A stretch of DNA of 64,000 nucleotides from Phoronis australis. Its lineage: Eukaryota; Animalia; Phoronida. This document shows, piece after piece, positions 25,101 through 36,057 of the stretch. A model generated the notes under the pieces. That model was not told the DNA's origin, searched no databases, and saw only the letters and a list, made by a program, of their open reading frames with translations. Location: contig NMRA01000013.1 of NCBI GenBank assembly GCA_002633005.1, positions 446,347 through 510,346 on the forward strand, in the 5' to 3' direction. A program made the position numbers and the translations under genes. Position 1 is the stretch's first letter, and each line of letters begins with the position of its first letter.

Positions 25101-26161
25101 TTGAAACACAAAATCCGAACTGCTTTTGCCACATACATGTCCCAATTACATGACATGTCTGCTTATAACATTTACGTATTCAGCAGATAACAAAAAATAA
25201 TAGTCAGCTGATATTTGGAACCATACAACGTTATGGTGTTTTCTCTATTAGCACATACACTAATGTATGAACCATTTTTCCCCTGAGAGCTTTGTGTCCA
25301 AATTATTAGAGACAAAACTGGCCATACTCAACGGAGCTACCCATGCCAAATAATGTCATGTGGCGGCGCAAACTATTGTTTAACTTGCGAGATCAATGTG
25401 ACGGGCGAACAATGGATACGCCTATCTACCAATATCTATGTGACAAGCTTGCAACCTAGTTTCCCATGGGTACATACTAAAGAGATCCTCAAAGTCAATT
25501 AGGCCATAATAATGTTTATATGTCACCACATTTCAAAGCAAGTACATCAATCTCTTCACTGGGGTCCACTGCCTGTTTACCAGAATTCCTAAATTAAAAA
25601 AAAAAATAGTGCCAGGCGCAACATCTAATTCATTCCAACATGCGGTAATTCTTCGCTTATATTTGCACAGAATATGGCCGACAAGAAAAATTTCATTTTG
25701 TCAAAGGTCTCGAATAATAAATAATTTATGTCTATTTTTAGCAAAATTGGTAACGTGTGGATGTCATATAACAACATTTTGTGAAGTTTCAGTTATTTGT
25801 AGCAACATAATCAGCCATTGAAAACTGGAAAATGACAACTTTAGCTTTTCAGTGATACAATAGAGAATTATCGTATAAATTTAACAGTGAGTGCTGTTTC
25901 ATCCTACAGAAGGTACATCTTAATTACGGTTGTGGTTTTCGCAAAATGTTGACCTTGGCACGAAGTATCCTAAACTTCAATACTCCACACCTTATAGGGG
26001 CAGCTGTCATCTTGTTCACATTGCTGCCTAATGTCTTTATTATTGTAGAAGAAATACGCAATGTGCTCAGAGTAAAGTTGGAGGTCTTCCCACGGATTGC
26101 TGAGTATTGAAGGAGAGAATGATACCATCAAAAGCAAGACCACATAAGCAATGACGATCAT
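7006..26161 (-). CDS. EOGT: EGF domain-specific O-GlcNAc transferase (GT61 family), 14 coding exons, about 529 aa
   Basis: Exons joined by hand (minus strand): 26161-25991, 24614-24514, 24094-23983, 23614-23514, 23022-22918, 20181-20075, 19351-19248, 15153-14989, 12702-12616, 11880-11812, 11501-11437, 8795-8676, 8055-7953, 7185-7006. Total 1590 nt, all GT-AG with consistent phases. Motifs: [79 protein letters not shown]-terminal hydrophobic signal and C-terminal KEEL ER-retrieval motif. Confidence 0.96.
7796..7939. repeat. 14-bp minisatellite (AAAGCTCCACCTCC), about 10 units, in the last EOGT intron
   Basis: Tandem units read directly, next to the exon-13 donor. Confidence 0.9.
7953..8055 (-). 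CDS. EOGT: EOGT coding exon 13 ([17 protein letters not shown])
   Basis: cag/gtatgt boundaries. Confidence 0.94.
8676..8795 (-). CDS. EOGT: EOGT coding exon 12 ([23 protein letters not shown])
   Basis: cag/gtaagc boundaries; GT61 signature HGAGLT. Confidence 0.95.
9063..9163. repeat. 34-bp tandem repeat, 3 copies
   Basis: gacctacttatggagcaacaatgccatgcgtttt-like units at 9063, 9097 and 9131. Confidence 0.9.
10375..11065 (+). mobile_element. Probable non-autonomous interspersed repeat (Helentron/HINE-like) carrying CTCF-like motifs
   Basis: Contains the CCAAATTTCATCAAAATCGG and GCCACTAGGGGGC blocks typical of such repeats. Boundaries approximate. Confidence 0.35.
11437..11501 (-). CDS. EOGT: EOGT coding exon 11 ([18 protein letters not shown])
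   Basis: tag/gtaagt boundaries. Confidence 0.9.
11812..11880 (-). CDS. EOGT: EOGT coding exon 10 ([19 protein letters not shown])
   Basis: cag/gtgagt boundaries. Confidence 0.93.
12616..12702 (-). CDS. EOGT: EOGT coding exon 9 ([18 protein letters not shown])
   Basis: cag/gtgagt boundaries. Confidence 0.93.
13103..13805 (-). mobile_element. Decayed Kolobok-like DNA transposon fragment (THAP-like start plus Cys-rich transposase segment) within inverted repeats
   Basis: Minus ORF 13205..13654 reads [10 protein letters not shown]...[20 protein letters not shown]...[22 protein letters not shown] end at 13103. About 85-bp inverted repeats at 13167-13254 and 13551-13640. Confidence 0.6.
14490..14568 (+). 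mobile_element. tRNA-derived SINE-like unit (pseudo-tRNA)
   Basis: A-box TAGCTCAGTGATA, B-box GTTCGATTCC, anticodon-like arm CTAGA-CCGGCAA-TCTAG (no U33), imperfect acceptor stem. An inverted copy of the 3' half lies at 14401-14460. Confidence 0.75.
14989..15153 (-). CDS. EOGT: EOGT coding exon 8 ([12 protein letters not shown]...[13 protein letters not shown])
   Basis: tag/gtgcgt boundaries; 165 nt. Confidence 0.94.
15298..15398. mobile_element. Short palindromic MITE; sibling copy at about 54597-54700
   Basis: About 36-bp imperfect arms (tagtctga...ttttgagaacca / tggttctcaaa...tcagacca); shared core ttttgagaaccagtttgatgcc. Confidence 0.65.
15897..16165. repeat. 18-bp minisatellite (AGAGGCCGGGTCATCGAC-like), about 14 units; second copy near 18320-18588
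   Basis: 6-aa periodicity in overlapping ORFs (DPASV.., TEAGSP..). Confidence 0.9.
19248..19351 (-). CDS. EOGT: EOGT coding exon 7 ([14 protein letters not shown]...); identical copy at 16825-16928
   Basis: tag/gtgagt boundaries; conserved motif. Confidence 0.9.
20075..20181 (-). CDS. EOGT: EOGT coding exon 6 (YAELENF...KLDAG)
   Basis: cag/gtaact boundaries; overlaps ORF 19953..20192. Confidence 0.93.
21737..21928 (-). mobile_element. Decayed THAP-domain fragment of a DNA transposon in EOGT intron 5
   Basis: [11 protein letters not shown]...ISFFRFP...LRVCQ..F fits the THAP C2CH pattern, but the conserved W and H are lost. Confidence 0.65.
22918..23022 (-). CDS. EOGT: EOGT coding exon 5 (GEIGGHCKL...KSALQSW)
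   Basis: cag/gtaatt boundaries; conserved motif. Confidence 0.93.
23514..23614 (-). CDS. EOGT: EOGT coding exon 4 ([23 protein letters not shown]...)
   Basis: cag/gtcagt boundaries; CRAxNLY. Confidence 0.92.
23983..24094 (-). CDS. EOGT: EOGT coding exon 3 ([13 protein letters not shown]...)
   Basis: cag/gtgagt boundaries; FWxxADFGY. Confidence 0.92.
24514..24614 (-). CDS. EOGT: EOGT coding exon 2 ([15 protein letters not shown]...)
   Basis: cag/gt boundaries; conserved CWGYE. Confidence 0.9.
25991..26161 (-). CDS. EOGT: EOGT coding exon 1 (signal peptide ... [10 protein letters not shown])
   Basis: tttcag acceptor just upstream, ATG at 26161, AAG|gtgtgg donor. Confidence 0.88.
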
Positions 26162-27434
26162 CACCTGAAAAACAGCAAACCACATAATTAATGCTGTATT
26201 TCGTCCCATTTAGCTGGCTTAAGTTGAAAATCGAATCCGGCACTAAGACTCTCATAAAAGCAGTCCTATTTTTCTTACTGTGATAGGATACCATTTCCGT
26301 TACCACTACAAAACTACTAACCACCTTAAAAAATTAAGTGACGATTACCAAACTGCAGATTGTGCATTACTTTAATGCCAGGCACTTACATCGCTCTGAA
26401 TGCCACAGTGGCAATAGCACATCCCCATAAAAGTTACTCATTTCAAAATACAGGAAATAAAATCGAATGAAATGTGCATAATGCATATGGAGTTATAATC
26501 AGCGCATACCATGACTCTGGATACAATTTAGTAAACATAACTTGAACATATCCATGAAAATCTGTCTTAGTTCCCAAATGTTCTCTCACTGGTGTCATTT
26601 TACGGAAGTTACGTGAAATCACGCCTGTTGATGAACAAAAAGTCCAAGGGACACAAATCTTACTAATTTCACCTGATACCTTCCCATGCTATTTTGCAAG
26701 TGTCACACGCCAGGTCACGCACTTCACTCAGTCTTGCGCTAGCCTTTGCCTAACACACTTGACTCGGCTGAAATACTTTGTGGCTACTGCACGCACGCGG
26801 TGAAAAAGTTAATGGTGACCAAAAAAGTGGAGTTGGAATTCTTCACTAAAGTCACCTTAATTCTCGTTACTATGCTTCATCAAAGATATGTGTAGAACCA
26901 GAAATGATCACTAAAGGTAGTAAACATTTTTTTAAGTGATAGTTTTAAGAATGTATTTTTGACAAGGTGAAAAAAAATTAAAATACACGGGATGAAATTA
27001 GCACAGAGAGCGATGGGAAGTATTGTAGCCCCTAACCGGCCAACCGAGGGGCAACATGTTGCCTATTTTAGGATAAGCGAACCAAGTTTACAAGAAAGCA
27101 ATTTTTAAAGATAACGATTTTATTTCACATTTTGTCTTGCTCACCTTTTGCCTAGATTGTTCCAACAAAGCTGTATTATAGTTAGCTGTATGAAGACTAA
27201 CCAGCTAACGTCAAAATACATTATTTGATCATAGACTATATATAGTACATGGACCGCCAACTCCATATACTTTCAATAGACGAAATATTTGTCTAATGCA
27301 TAAGTTGTTACGTCATTACTGACTAGCCACACCTGGCCAAATTATCTGGTGTTATTTTCGGCAAATACGTCGTCTGCTAATCATGGTCGGCTCCTGTGTG
27401 GTCAGGTGGTAGTAGCATTGCTAAAAGTACTCAC

Positions 27435-29280
27435 GATACCAACAGTTCTACTATTAGGATACTTTGAACAGTGTTTCAATGCGGAAATAATTATTTTTTT
27501 CGTTGTGCTGGACAATAAAATAGATGCAAGAATTTCCCCGTCACAATACACTAACCGGAAACTGAACCAGGTAATTTAGGAGAGTGGCATCTCATCTAAG
27601 TTAGTACGCAAGAAGATGTCAGAGTTTTGAATCTGTTGTCTATAATCTATGATTTGATGTAAATAATTTGCACCAGACTAGGGACGTGACAAAGTCTTAT
27701 CTCAACGCTGACCAGCGACAGTGTACAGCGAAGCCGAAGGGGCAACGCTTCCAAAGATGTCCCGTATATGGGCAAAAAGTAAATAGCAATGTGACTTTGA
27801 TAGTTTAATCAGTTTGAGGCATAATTTTCTGAAAAGCTACTGGCGTATGAAGGCCCTATGGGAGCATCACCGTCTTTAGCCTACTCATCAGGCATACTGC
27901 TGGAGACGTGGGCACTGTCTAGCACAAATCAAATGCCAATAACAATGCAAGTATGCCAAGTATGGGTGGCATGCTGATAACTGATCTGATCAAGATTATA
28001 GTCGATTTTTGCCTAAACTTGTCTGAAGAAGGTGCTGCGCTATATAACGACGGGGATCTACAAAACAATACAAGACTGGTTAACTTACAACAGAGCACTT
28101 GTACTGTAGAAAAACACGCACAATGCTGTTCAACGTCAAAGCACACCTTCCAGTGTCTTCAACAGTAGCATTTAGCACTCCCTCTGTTGTCAACTAGCTT
28201 AAGGGTCATCGGGTCAACAATGCAAGTCTTTAGTTTTTAATATTAACAGGTTAACACATGGCTGTATTGACTGTTTCAATTTTTTTGAAGAAAATTCGAT
28301 TTATTTTGAATTTTGTTTTACAATGAACATTCATTTCTTTATGAAAATGAAAAATATATTAAATTTGTGATGATTGATTGTATTATATTTTCGAAATATT
28401 CAACCTTCGTTTTAGGCCGTCAAAATCGACCAATCATCACACAGTCCAGTTTGCGTTCCTGTGTGGTGGGTCACGAACTCTGACCTTTTTCTTGCCAGAA
28501 AATTCACCAAAACGCCGATTTTCTTTCGATTTCAAGTTGCTGTAAGTACGCTGCGTGTTTGCCTAAGTTCATGGTGCCAGTCAGTGTGTTCTTTATTTTT
28601 CTATAGCCTTATAGCGAGCATGCATTTGGTGTAAATCATGTTTCGTTTTTCACTGTTCACGTTTCACATCCCGCCATCCTAATTTTTCAACGCATGTTTC
28701 AGAACCAATGGCGCTTTGTACACCTTTACTCTCACTGTTACTGTCTCCGAAGTTATGTGGATGAGCATATTAGGTCGGCTTTTAGTTTGTGAACGTGTCT
28801 TTTAAATTGCTGCAAATCTACCTGAGGTGCTCGCAGAATAGTCTGTGTTTATGTCGTCTGTAGAAGGATGCGTGACCTTTATATGACCTCGTCCTTTCAC
28901 CTTCAAAATCTCGATAAACCGCTTGTGTCACATTGCGGAATTAATATTAAAAAGTAAATCACAGACACAACACTGTGTTTTTAGCTATTTTGCTTCACCA
29001 TTTGCACATTATGTTGACATATTTTGTAGTTTTTCTCATGTACGTTTGACCTTTGTCCTTTAGCTTGTGCCTGTTTCATGACTGCTTCAGTCTAGGTCAC
29101 GTGCATATATTATGATAATGAGACGGAAGAGTTCATTTCTTCTTCATGGCGGGGATGTTTAGCGAAGCTCTCGCTTTAAAATCAGCCCCTCACGTCAGTT
29201 TAAAGCATTCGTTGCTGATCAAATCACTGTTTTTGAGTTTTTACCTCATCTAAACTGTAATTTTTCTTGCAAACGTAAGC
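27435..29280. promoter_or_regulatory. Putative divergent promoter region for EOGT (-) and NR2C (+), with non-coding first exons
   Basis: Minus-strand donor C|gtgagt at 27434; plus-strand donors gtaagt at 28542 and gtaagc at 29275; CCAAT near 28420 and 28705; E-box GTCACGTG near 29097; YY1-like CATGGCGG near 29145; ETS-like ACCGGAAA at 27554. Confidence 0.5.
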
Positions 29281-31060
29281 TAAATGTCAAAACACCGGTT
29301 ATTGGGGATTGGATTATCACATTATATAATTTTTGACATGTATCTTCTATTGTCAATACTAAAGATTCACAGACAACTTTCTAAAGGTCAACTGACGCAT
29401 GATTCTGTTGTCATTAAAGTGAACTTACTTGTGGTGGACTATAATGTCAATGTTAACCCAAGACTGACCTTTAAAAAAATGCAACAAAGCCTAACCACAG
29501 GATGTTAGGTGGGTTAGTTCAATTTTTATAATTCATTTTTTGTGTTCGGTAGTGAAATATCTAGTCACTTGAGTGTTATGAGATTAACCAATTAATTAGC
29601 AGATAACAATGAATTGTATATAAATGTTTTTACAACTATACACATTTTGTTAACTTATTTACCAACTCCTCCGATTTCAACCGGTAATGCCATATTTTGT
29701 TACCTTCTAAAGTTTCTGGAAAGTTCTTAAATCCTTGTGAAAATTACCTTGGTCATCAGTTTCAATTAAACTTGTGAAGCTTCCCTTGAAATTCCTATTT
29801 TGCCCCTTTCTCAAATTTGTCTTTTATTCTATTTTTCAAAAGCTAATTTCCTTGCAGATAATGGAGCCAAATTGTTGGGAAGGTGTTAAACTAATTTCCC
29901 AGTCTCATGGTTTTCCATACGCATATGAACAGGTCTCTCTGGAGACATGTGTTTATCGATTGGATTGCAGAACATTTTGACCTTGGGAGGTCAACCCATC
30001 ATGACTCCTGTGGGCAGAGTGCAATGCAGTGAAATCTCTAAGTAGTCGAGATAAAGTTGGACAAGAGGAAATCAGATAGGGGTTTATGCTCTAAGTTCCT
30101 TATCAGTACATAAATGAGGGCGAGGGCGTTCTATAGAGTTTCCTTCCATTCACCATATTATTAAACCCTTAGCTATTAATTGCTTGTAGTTCACAGTGTT
30201 CGTAGTTTTGTGTGGAAATGGCAAAATTCTGGCTGAAATATTTGGCAAAGATGTAACTTTGCGGGATAATTATTTGTTGAAATACGGAGAGTTAGGAATG
30301 GCACTTTTGCGTAAAAAGGCGATCTTGATAAAATTGTAGTAGTAGCTAATAAGGGACTTTTCATAGTGGCGCTCTCTAGACTTAAGAGTCACGAAAGCAA
30401 CTTGCGATTTATCCCGACTCAGATTTGGTGGACAGAAATTCACTGAATAGTGGTTCGTTGTTTGAGTTGAAATTCACTAATTTATTTTATTTTTTGACAC
30501 TGGCTTGCATGGAAATTCTCCCGCTTTATCTGTGACAGCCACTGGCTTTGTTGCCGTTACATGTTTACAGTGGTGGGAACAGGGCGTTCTTGCTCATCAA
30601 CTGATATTTCAGAAGCTGTGACTTTTTTCATAAGTTCTTTGTTTTTTCCTAATAGTCCGTACACGGCCTTCGAAACATGACGTTTGTCTGTAATAGTTTG
30701 TACAATAGGAGTCTGAGGGAAAAATCATTCTTACACATATTTGCGTCAGAAAAAAATAATTCGTACACGCTTTGTGGATTTGTAATATGAAAATTCGTAT
30801 TCTTATAAAAGAACACAAATCACTAAGTGTCAGTTCTATTTGGGTGATAGAAATTCGTGGTTTGCTACGCTATTAATTGCGAATTTTGAGAAATTTCCTC
30901 ACAGGGGAAAATCAATTATTCTCCCCTTGACAATGTGAGGTGATGTAACCTCTGCAATACATGAAGCTTGCATGCACGCACTTCTGCACTATTGCCATGT
31001 GAGAATAGATGCACATTGATGGAAATTAGTGGGCATTGTAATGGCAGGGAAGGTGTTTAT

Positions 31061-32838
31061 AGACCCTATTCACGCCGACAGGAGGCGCATTCCAAAACGA
31101 GGCTCGCTACGATGCTCTGTTAGCTTATCGGCATAGTTCTGTGTTTCAGACAGTGTTGTTCCACGAATGGCTAGAAAAAATACGGACACGCAACTGTCTG
31201 CTTCACAATCTCTACAGACGTTGAGATTCGGAAGCGTTGGGTCGTTGCTGCGACGAAGCAAAATATGTCCGTGTAAAATTTATAAATGTTTTCGAAAAGT
31301 TAGATCATATTTTGTCGCATGTCGGTCAGTTGTTTAAAGCAACATAGTAACGACCGGAGAATGGGCCAGCCAGGCTGTGTTTTCATGACTACGGGTTTAG
31401 GGGGGGAGGGGGGCTAAAATTGTATCAGATCCCATTTTGAGTTCGGGTGCGAATTGCTGACTAGCAGGCGCAACCAGGGCGGGTCTTGGGGGTGAATAAA
31501 CAACCCATAGGCGCTGAATGAACCTCGTTACGGTTTTTTTTTAGTCAATAGGTCTGCAAACCCAAGAATTCAAGACCCCTGCATCCCCAGAGTTTAAGCT
31601 GGGCTCGCGCGTCTGCCGAAATGCTGCTTATTCCTGTGCCCTGCCCCCCTAACTGAAAAACATGGATCCGCCCCTGCTACGGGTTGAAACATAATTTTTC
31701 TTTCCAAAAAGGACTGGGCCCTCAATCCCTCAAATTTGGGGCCCAATATCGGCCCTATTCCCTTCTCAAACATATTGAAATATCACGCGAAATTACCCCC
31801 ACGAGGCATAAAAATTCCCCTAGTGAAAAATCTCTCTGAGTTCACATCACCTGTAACCACACAGGTGACAATTTTTAAGAGCACAAAAGGCTACTTTAAA
31901 TTGAGGCAGAGCCTATGAGAGCTTGCAACAGGGCGGGGGTGCTATTGATGGTGATCGGGAGGTAGATTGTTCCCGCCCTCACTCGGCGAAAAAATCGCCT
32001 CTCAGTAGGCACTGGCACCGTTCCCCTCGGATGAAAGAGGCCTCTGCAGAAACACGATAACTATGATTGCATTGTCCAGTTAACTGAAATTGAGTTCTAA
32101 AACGATGTTATGTTTTGGACGAACGAATTGGGTGTTTTAATTTTAAAATTCAACTTGGTCCAGATTGATTTTTGAAATCTAACACATGAAATAGACGTAA
32201 GAATTATTACAACCAAGAAAGCATTGATGGTCAAATAATTTTTATTTTCAATTACGAGCCTGGTTTTTTATTTTAATAAAAATATATTTAATAACATCAA
32301 TTATTCTTTCAGACCAATGACAAATCAACTGTTAGTCCCAGTGAGTGCATAGGATCAGGCTATGCTTGATGTTAATATTCTTGATCAACAAATTAAACCA
32401 TATGTGACTAATTGCACATGACAGACACCACTGTCGAATATGTCTTCAACTCGTCAACAATACGAGCAGATGACCTGGTCCGCGTAGAAAGTATTTTGAT
32501 CAACAATTTACAAGAAAAAACGTAACCCTGCATTCAGCATAATACCTAATCCGTAACACTACGATCGCCGCATTTTGGTCATATTTACTTTTCATGTTTC
32601 GAACCTAGTTTTCTGAAAAAAATTAAACCCTTTCTTCAGACAACTCTTTGGCGCCTTAACTTGTTCTCTAATGTAATTTTCTGCGTCTCTGTGGTTAATT
32701 GTCGACACATCATTAAAATTTAATATCCAGGTTGGACTCGAAAGACCGGCTATTTAACTCACTCAATGTCTACTTTCGCTTTGTTTATCGCAGTGAGCCT
32801 CGCTTTGGATCTTAATGGCCGCCGCGTGAATAGGGTCT
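31061..32838. mobile_element. ISL2EU-like (PIF/Harbinger-related) DNA transposon relic, 1.78 kb
   Basis: Perfect TIR AGACCCTATTCACG / CGTGAATAGGGTCT with AT on both sides. THAP-like remnant on + (CCSTNG..F..DVEIRKRWV, about 31150-31250). Convergent remnant on - (KAPKSCLKKGFNFF, about 32560-32700). Confidence 0.65.
31397..31676. mobile_element. hAT-like MITE nested in the ISL2EU-like element
   Basis: Right end GGATCCGCCCCTG; direct repeat CTACGGGT at 31389-31396 and 31677-31684 (candidate 8-bp TSD); left end degenerate. Confidence 0.55.
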
Positions 32839-35552
32839 ATACCTGTAGGTTGAAACCTCGCCTTCGCATTACTTGGGAACTGTAGATGGTACTGAACGCC
32901 TGTCGGCTATTCTTCGTCTAACCTTGTATCATGGTTAATAAATTCTATTTCTTGATAGTCTGTGTGTATCAGCATTTGAAAATGGAAATACTAGACTTCT
33001 TTTTTGACGTACGTCAATAAAGAATTTTTGTAATAATTTTAAGCGTAGAGCTATAGCCATTCCTGGCTCTGCCATTGAAGATTTCATCCGTCACTATGTT
33101 CCAGTGCAAACGTTTATGTGGACATCAATGAAATGCACAGGTCGAAAAAGGCTGCACAAGGGATATTTCCAAGAATTTGGTATGGCCAGGCGTCTGCAAG
33201 TCACTTTCAGGTTTTGATTACTTTTAGACATCTGCTAAATTATAAAAATGATAAAATTCTGAGGGAGGGTTATTCCAAGATTTTAAAAAATAGGTTGTTC
33301 AAAATGGGCTTCCTAATTTTTCAGGGCACCCATGATCAATGACGCATGAATCTGTTCATTCTGTTGTGACCCAAAATGGTATGGTGTTGTATTTTACTGT
33401 GGATATATGAACATGGCGTGGGGGGTTCATTTGGCTGTGTCTTTTCAGTCCCCCCTACCCCATAGATCAGCCTATAAAATAAACATAGTTTCTCCCTTCT
33501 CCATAACTTTAAGGTTTTTGGAGGGTGATTTAAAGTTCATAATCGTGTACGTTCATATTGAGTGATTATTTAAAACCACTTTAGCAAGTTTACTTTATTC
33601 AAAATGGACTTTGATTATGAGGTGTTTCAATAATCTGGCGCTAACCCGTGAGTGGTGTGCGTGTATAAGTAAGCTATAGAAGTCATCAAAATCTATTTAG
33701 TTCTTATTTGCGGACTGTCTTGCACTCAAGCTGTCTGCCATATTTCTAGCAACACTAATGAAGTGAATTGTGTTGACAGTGACGGTAATTCTTCAATATT
33801 TCACAAAAATGATTGACATAAATTTTCATAGTCTTGTTACTTTATTGCAAATTATGGATAAAATACCAAAAGTTGTTTTGTGACATCCAGAATTTACAAA
33901 CTATGCTATTAATTGACAAACGTTTAAATTTTTTGAGAAATCTATATTCCACCGGTGTACTGTTGTCTAGACAGAATTAAGGGGGGCAGGGGGCCTATGC
34001 TTCGCCCTTAAAAATGGCATTACCGCAACCTCAGAACCTTAGGCATAACGTTTTTATGGGTAATGTCAGCGTTTCCCTTCGGAAATAGTAACCACTCCCT
34101 TTAGAGCCATCCTTTATCCAGTATGCAGGATTACCGTACAAATTTACCTCATTTTTTTACGCTGGAATAATTTTTTTTAAGCCGGTGCCACTAAATTGGA
34201 AAAAAAACGTGTGTTGTTGTACATAAGAAATACCAAAGGACTACTTCGTGTGACATCACACGACATGGGAGACAATCATGTTGGTTCACTGCAAAACAAT
34301 TGTAGCCTCGACTATTTCGCCAAAAATGCTGCCTGAAAATGGGTTAAAATGTTCAGAGCTGTGCATGCATGGTTATCATTAATATTTGATGAAATTAAGT
34401 ATGTTGGCAAGGATATCTGCCTGAGGTCCGACTTTGTTGCACTAAGTTGTATGATGGTATGGGTTGTATACACCAGTAGCCATTGCCCAGACTATTAAAG
34501 CGCCCTCTCTTATTCTGCGGTATTTACCCAAAATGCTGTATCTCTGTAGTGTACTTGGCCCACTGTTAGTGTTGCTATGCTGTGCCCTATTTAGCTTATC
34601 TAAAATTTGATCAGTCATGGTTCTGATGCCATTAAACTTTTATAGTACTCTTGCATAGTAAGGTGCAATGCTGACATGGAAAAATTTGAAAAGTCCAGTG
34701 AGGTGATAAATAGTTCTCCATCTCTCATTGCCTGACTTAGCTCAGAAATTTTTTAGCGTCCCTGCCTTTTGAAAACTAGGTCAGTTACGATTGACTTTTT
34801 CTAATCCTGCAAAAGAGGAGAGTTGAATCTTCCGGGATGCGGGTTATTCAATAACACAAATTGCTAAATTAATACAGATTTCCGTTGTTCTTGTAGCTTA
34901 ACCCAAGTGTTTCGTTTATAGTTTGGGTCAAATTAAGAGATAACACTGAAAATTCAAAACTGGAACATACCAAAGTAACGAAATATTAACACGGTTTGAG
35001 AGTCCAAATTTTGAGCTTAAACATTTTTTTAATAAGAACGCCCCGTACATATGAGTCATTCAAAGTCAGATTTTTTTCTGCAAAAATGGGAAAAAATCCA
35101 GACACTCCTAGGGCACTGACCTTATTATGGGTAAAGGTCATGACTTGGCAAAGTGTTAAGGGCACTGACCCCTGTCTCTTGTGATGCGGTCGCTATAGCA
35201 ACAATTAGGCATATAGACCTTGCACTGCATTATATAGTTGAGTTAGTAGCTTCCATATACCACACCAGACCAAAAGTTTTCTGGTCATTAAAAGGCAAAT
35301 GTGTGAAATATGTGAATCTGGTCATTTTAGTTACAATGTGCATTAGATGTATAAGCAGCTCTTTAGTCTGGTTTGGTGCAAGTATTCATTGATGTGAAGG
35401 TATTTTGCGATACTTCTATTTAAAGCCACGTGTAGCGTCATCTTTATGTTTGTTTGCAATACATTTTTAGTCGAATATTTTTATTATAACTTTTTAATGC
35501 TGCATGTAATTGTTCCTAATTATTCCACAATTACATAAGCGGTGCTCTCCAC

Positions 35553-35745
35553 GACCTGTTTTAACGTCAACCTGTTTTAACGTTGACCTGTTTTAATGTT
35601 GACCTGTTTTAACATCGACCTGTTTTAACATCGACCTGTTTTAACATCGACCTGTTTTGACATCGACCTGTTTTAACATCGACCTGTTTTAACGTCGACC
35701 TGTTTTAATGTGTCCCTCGACTTGTTTTAGTGTGTCCCTCGACGT
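35553..35745. repeat. 16-bp minisatellite (GACCTGTTTTAACATC), about 10 units plus decayed units
   Basis: Read directly. Confidence 0.9.
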
Positions 35746-36057
35746 GTTTTAGCGTGTCACCCTTAACCTGGTTAGAAGCATTTGCAACACATTTGAATTG
35801 CTCCCCTACATTTTTGGATTATCAGTTGAGAATGCTGTGTGGCACTTCTACTGCTTCTAAGCAAAAATGTCACCAATTTATAAGTTGTCACCAGGTGTCA
35901 TGGTTACTAAATACAAAAGTTGAAGAAATGTTCTTTTGCTGTACAGTGTAGGTACACCCAGTATTTACAAGGCAGGTAACTGTGCACTTGACTCATGTAG
36001 GACCAAGTTTGTGCATTTAGCCAAATATATACAGAGCCATAGAATTTTTAACTCTGT

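Noticed and set aside
27762-27771. CArG-like CCGTATATGG in the promoter interval
   Set aside because: One mismatch to consensus, no adjacent ETS site, and probably inside a repeat fragment.
27860-27900. Hammerhead ribozyme core (CTGATGAG on the minus strand)
   Set aside because: No stem II followed by GAAA and no pairing for stems I and III. A similar partial match near 21244 also fails.
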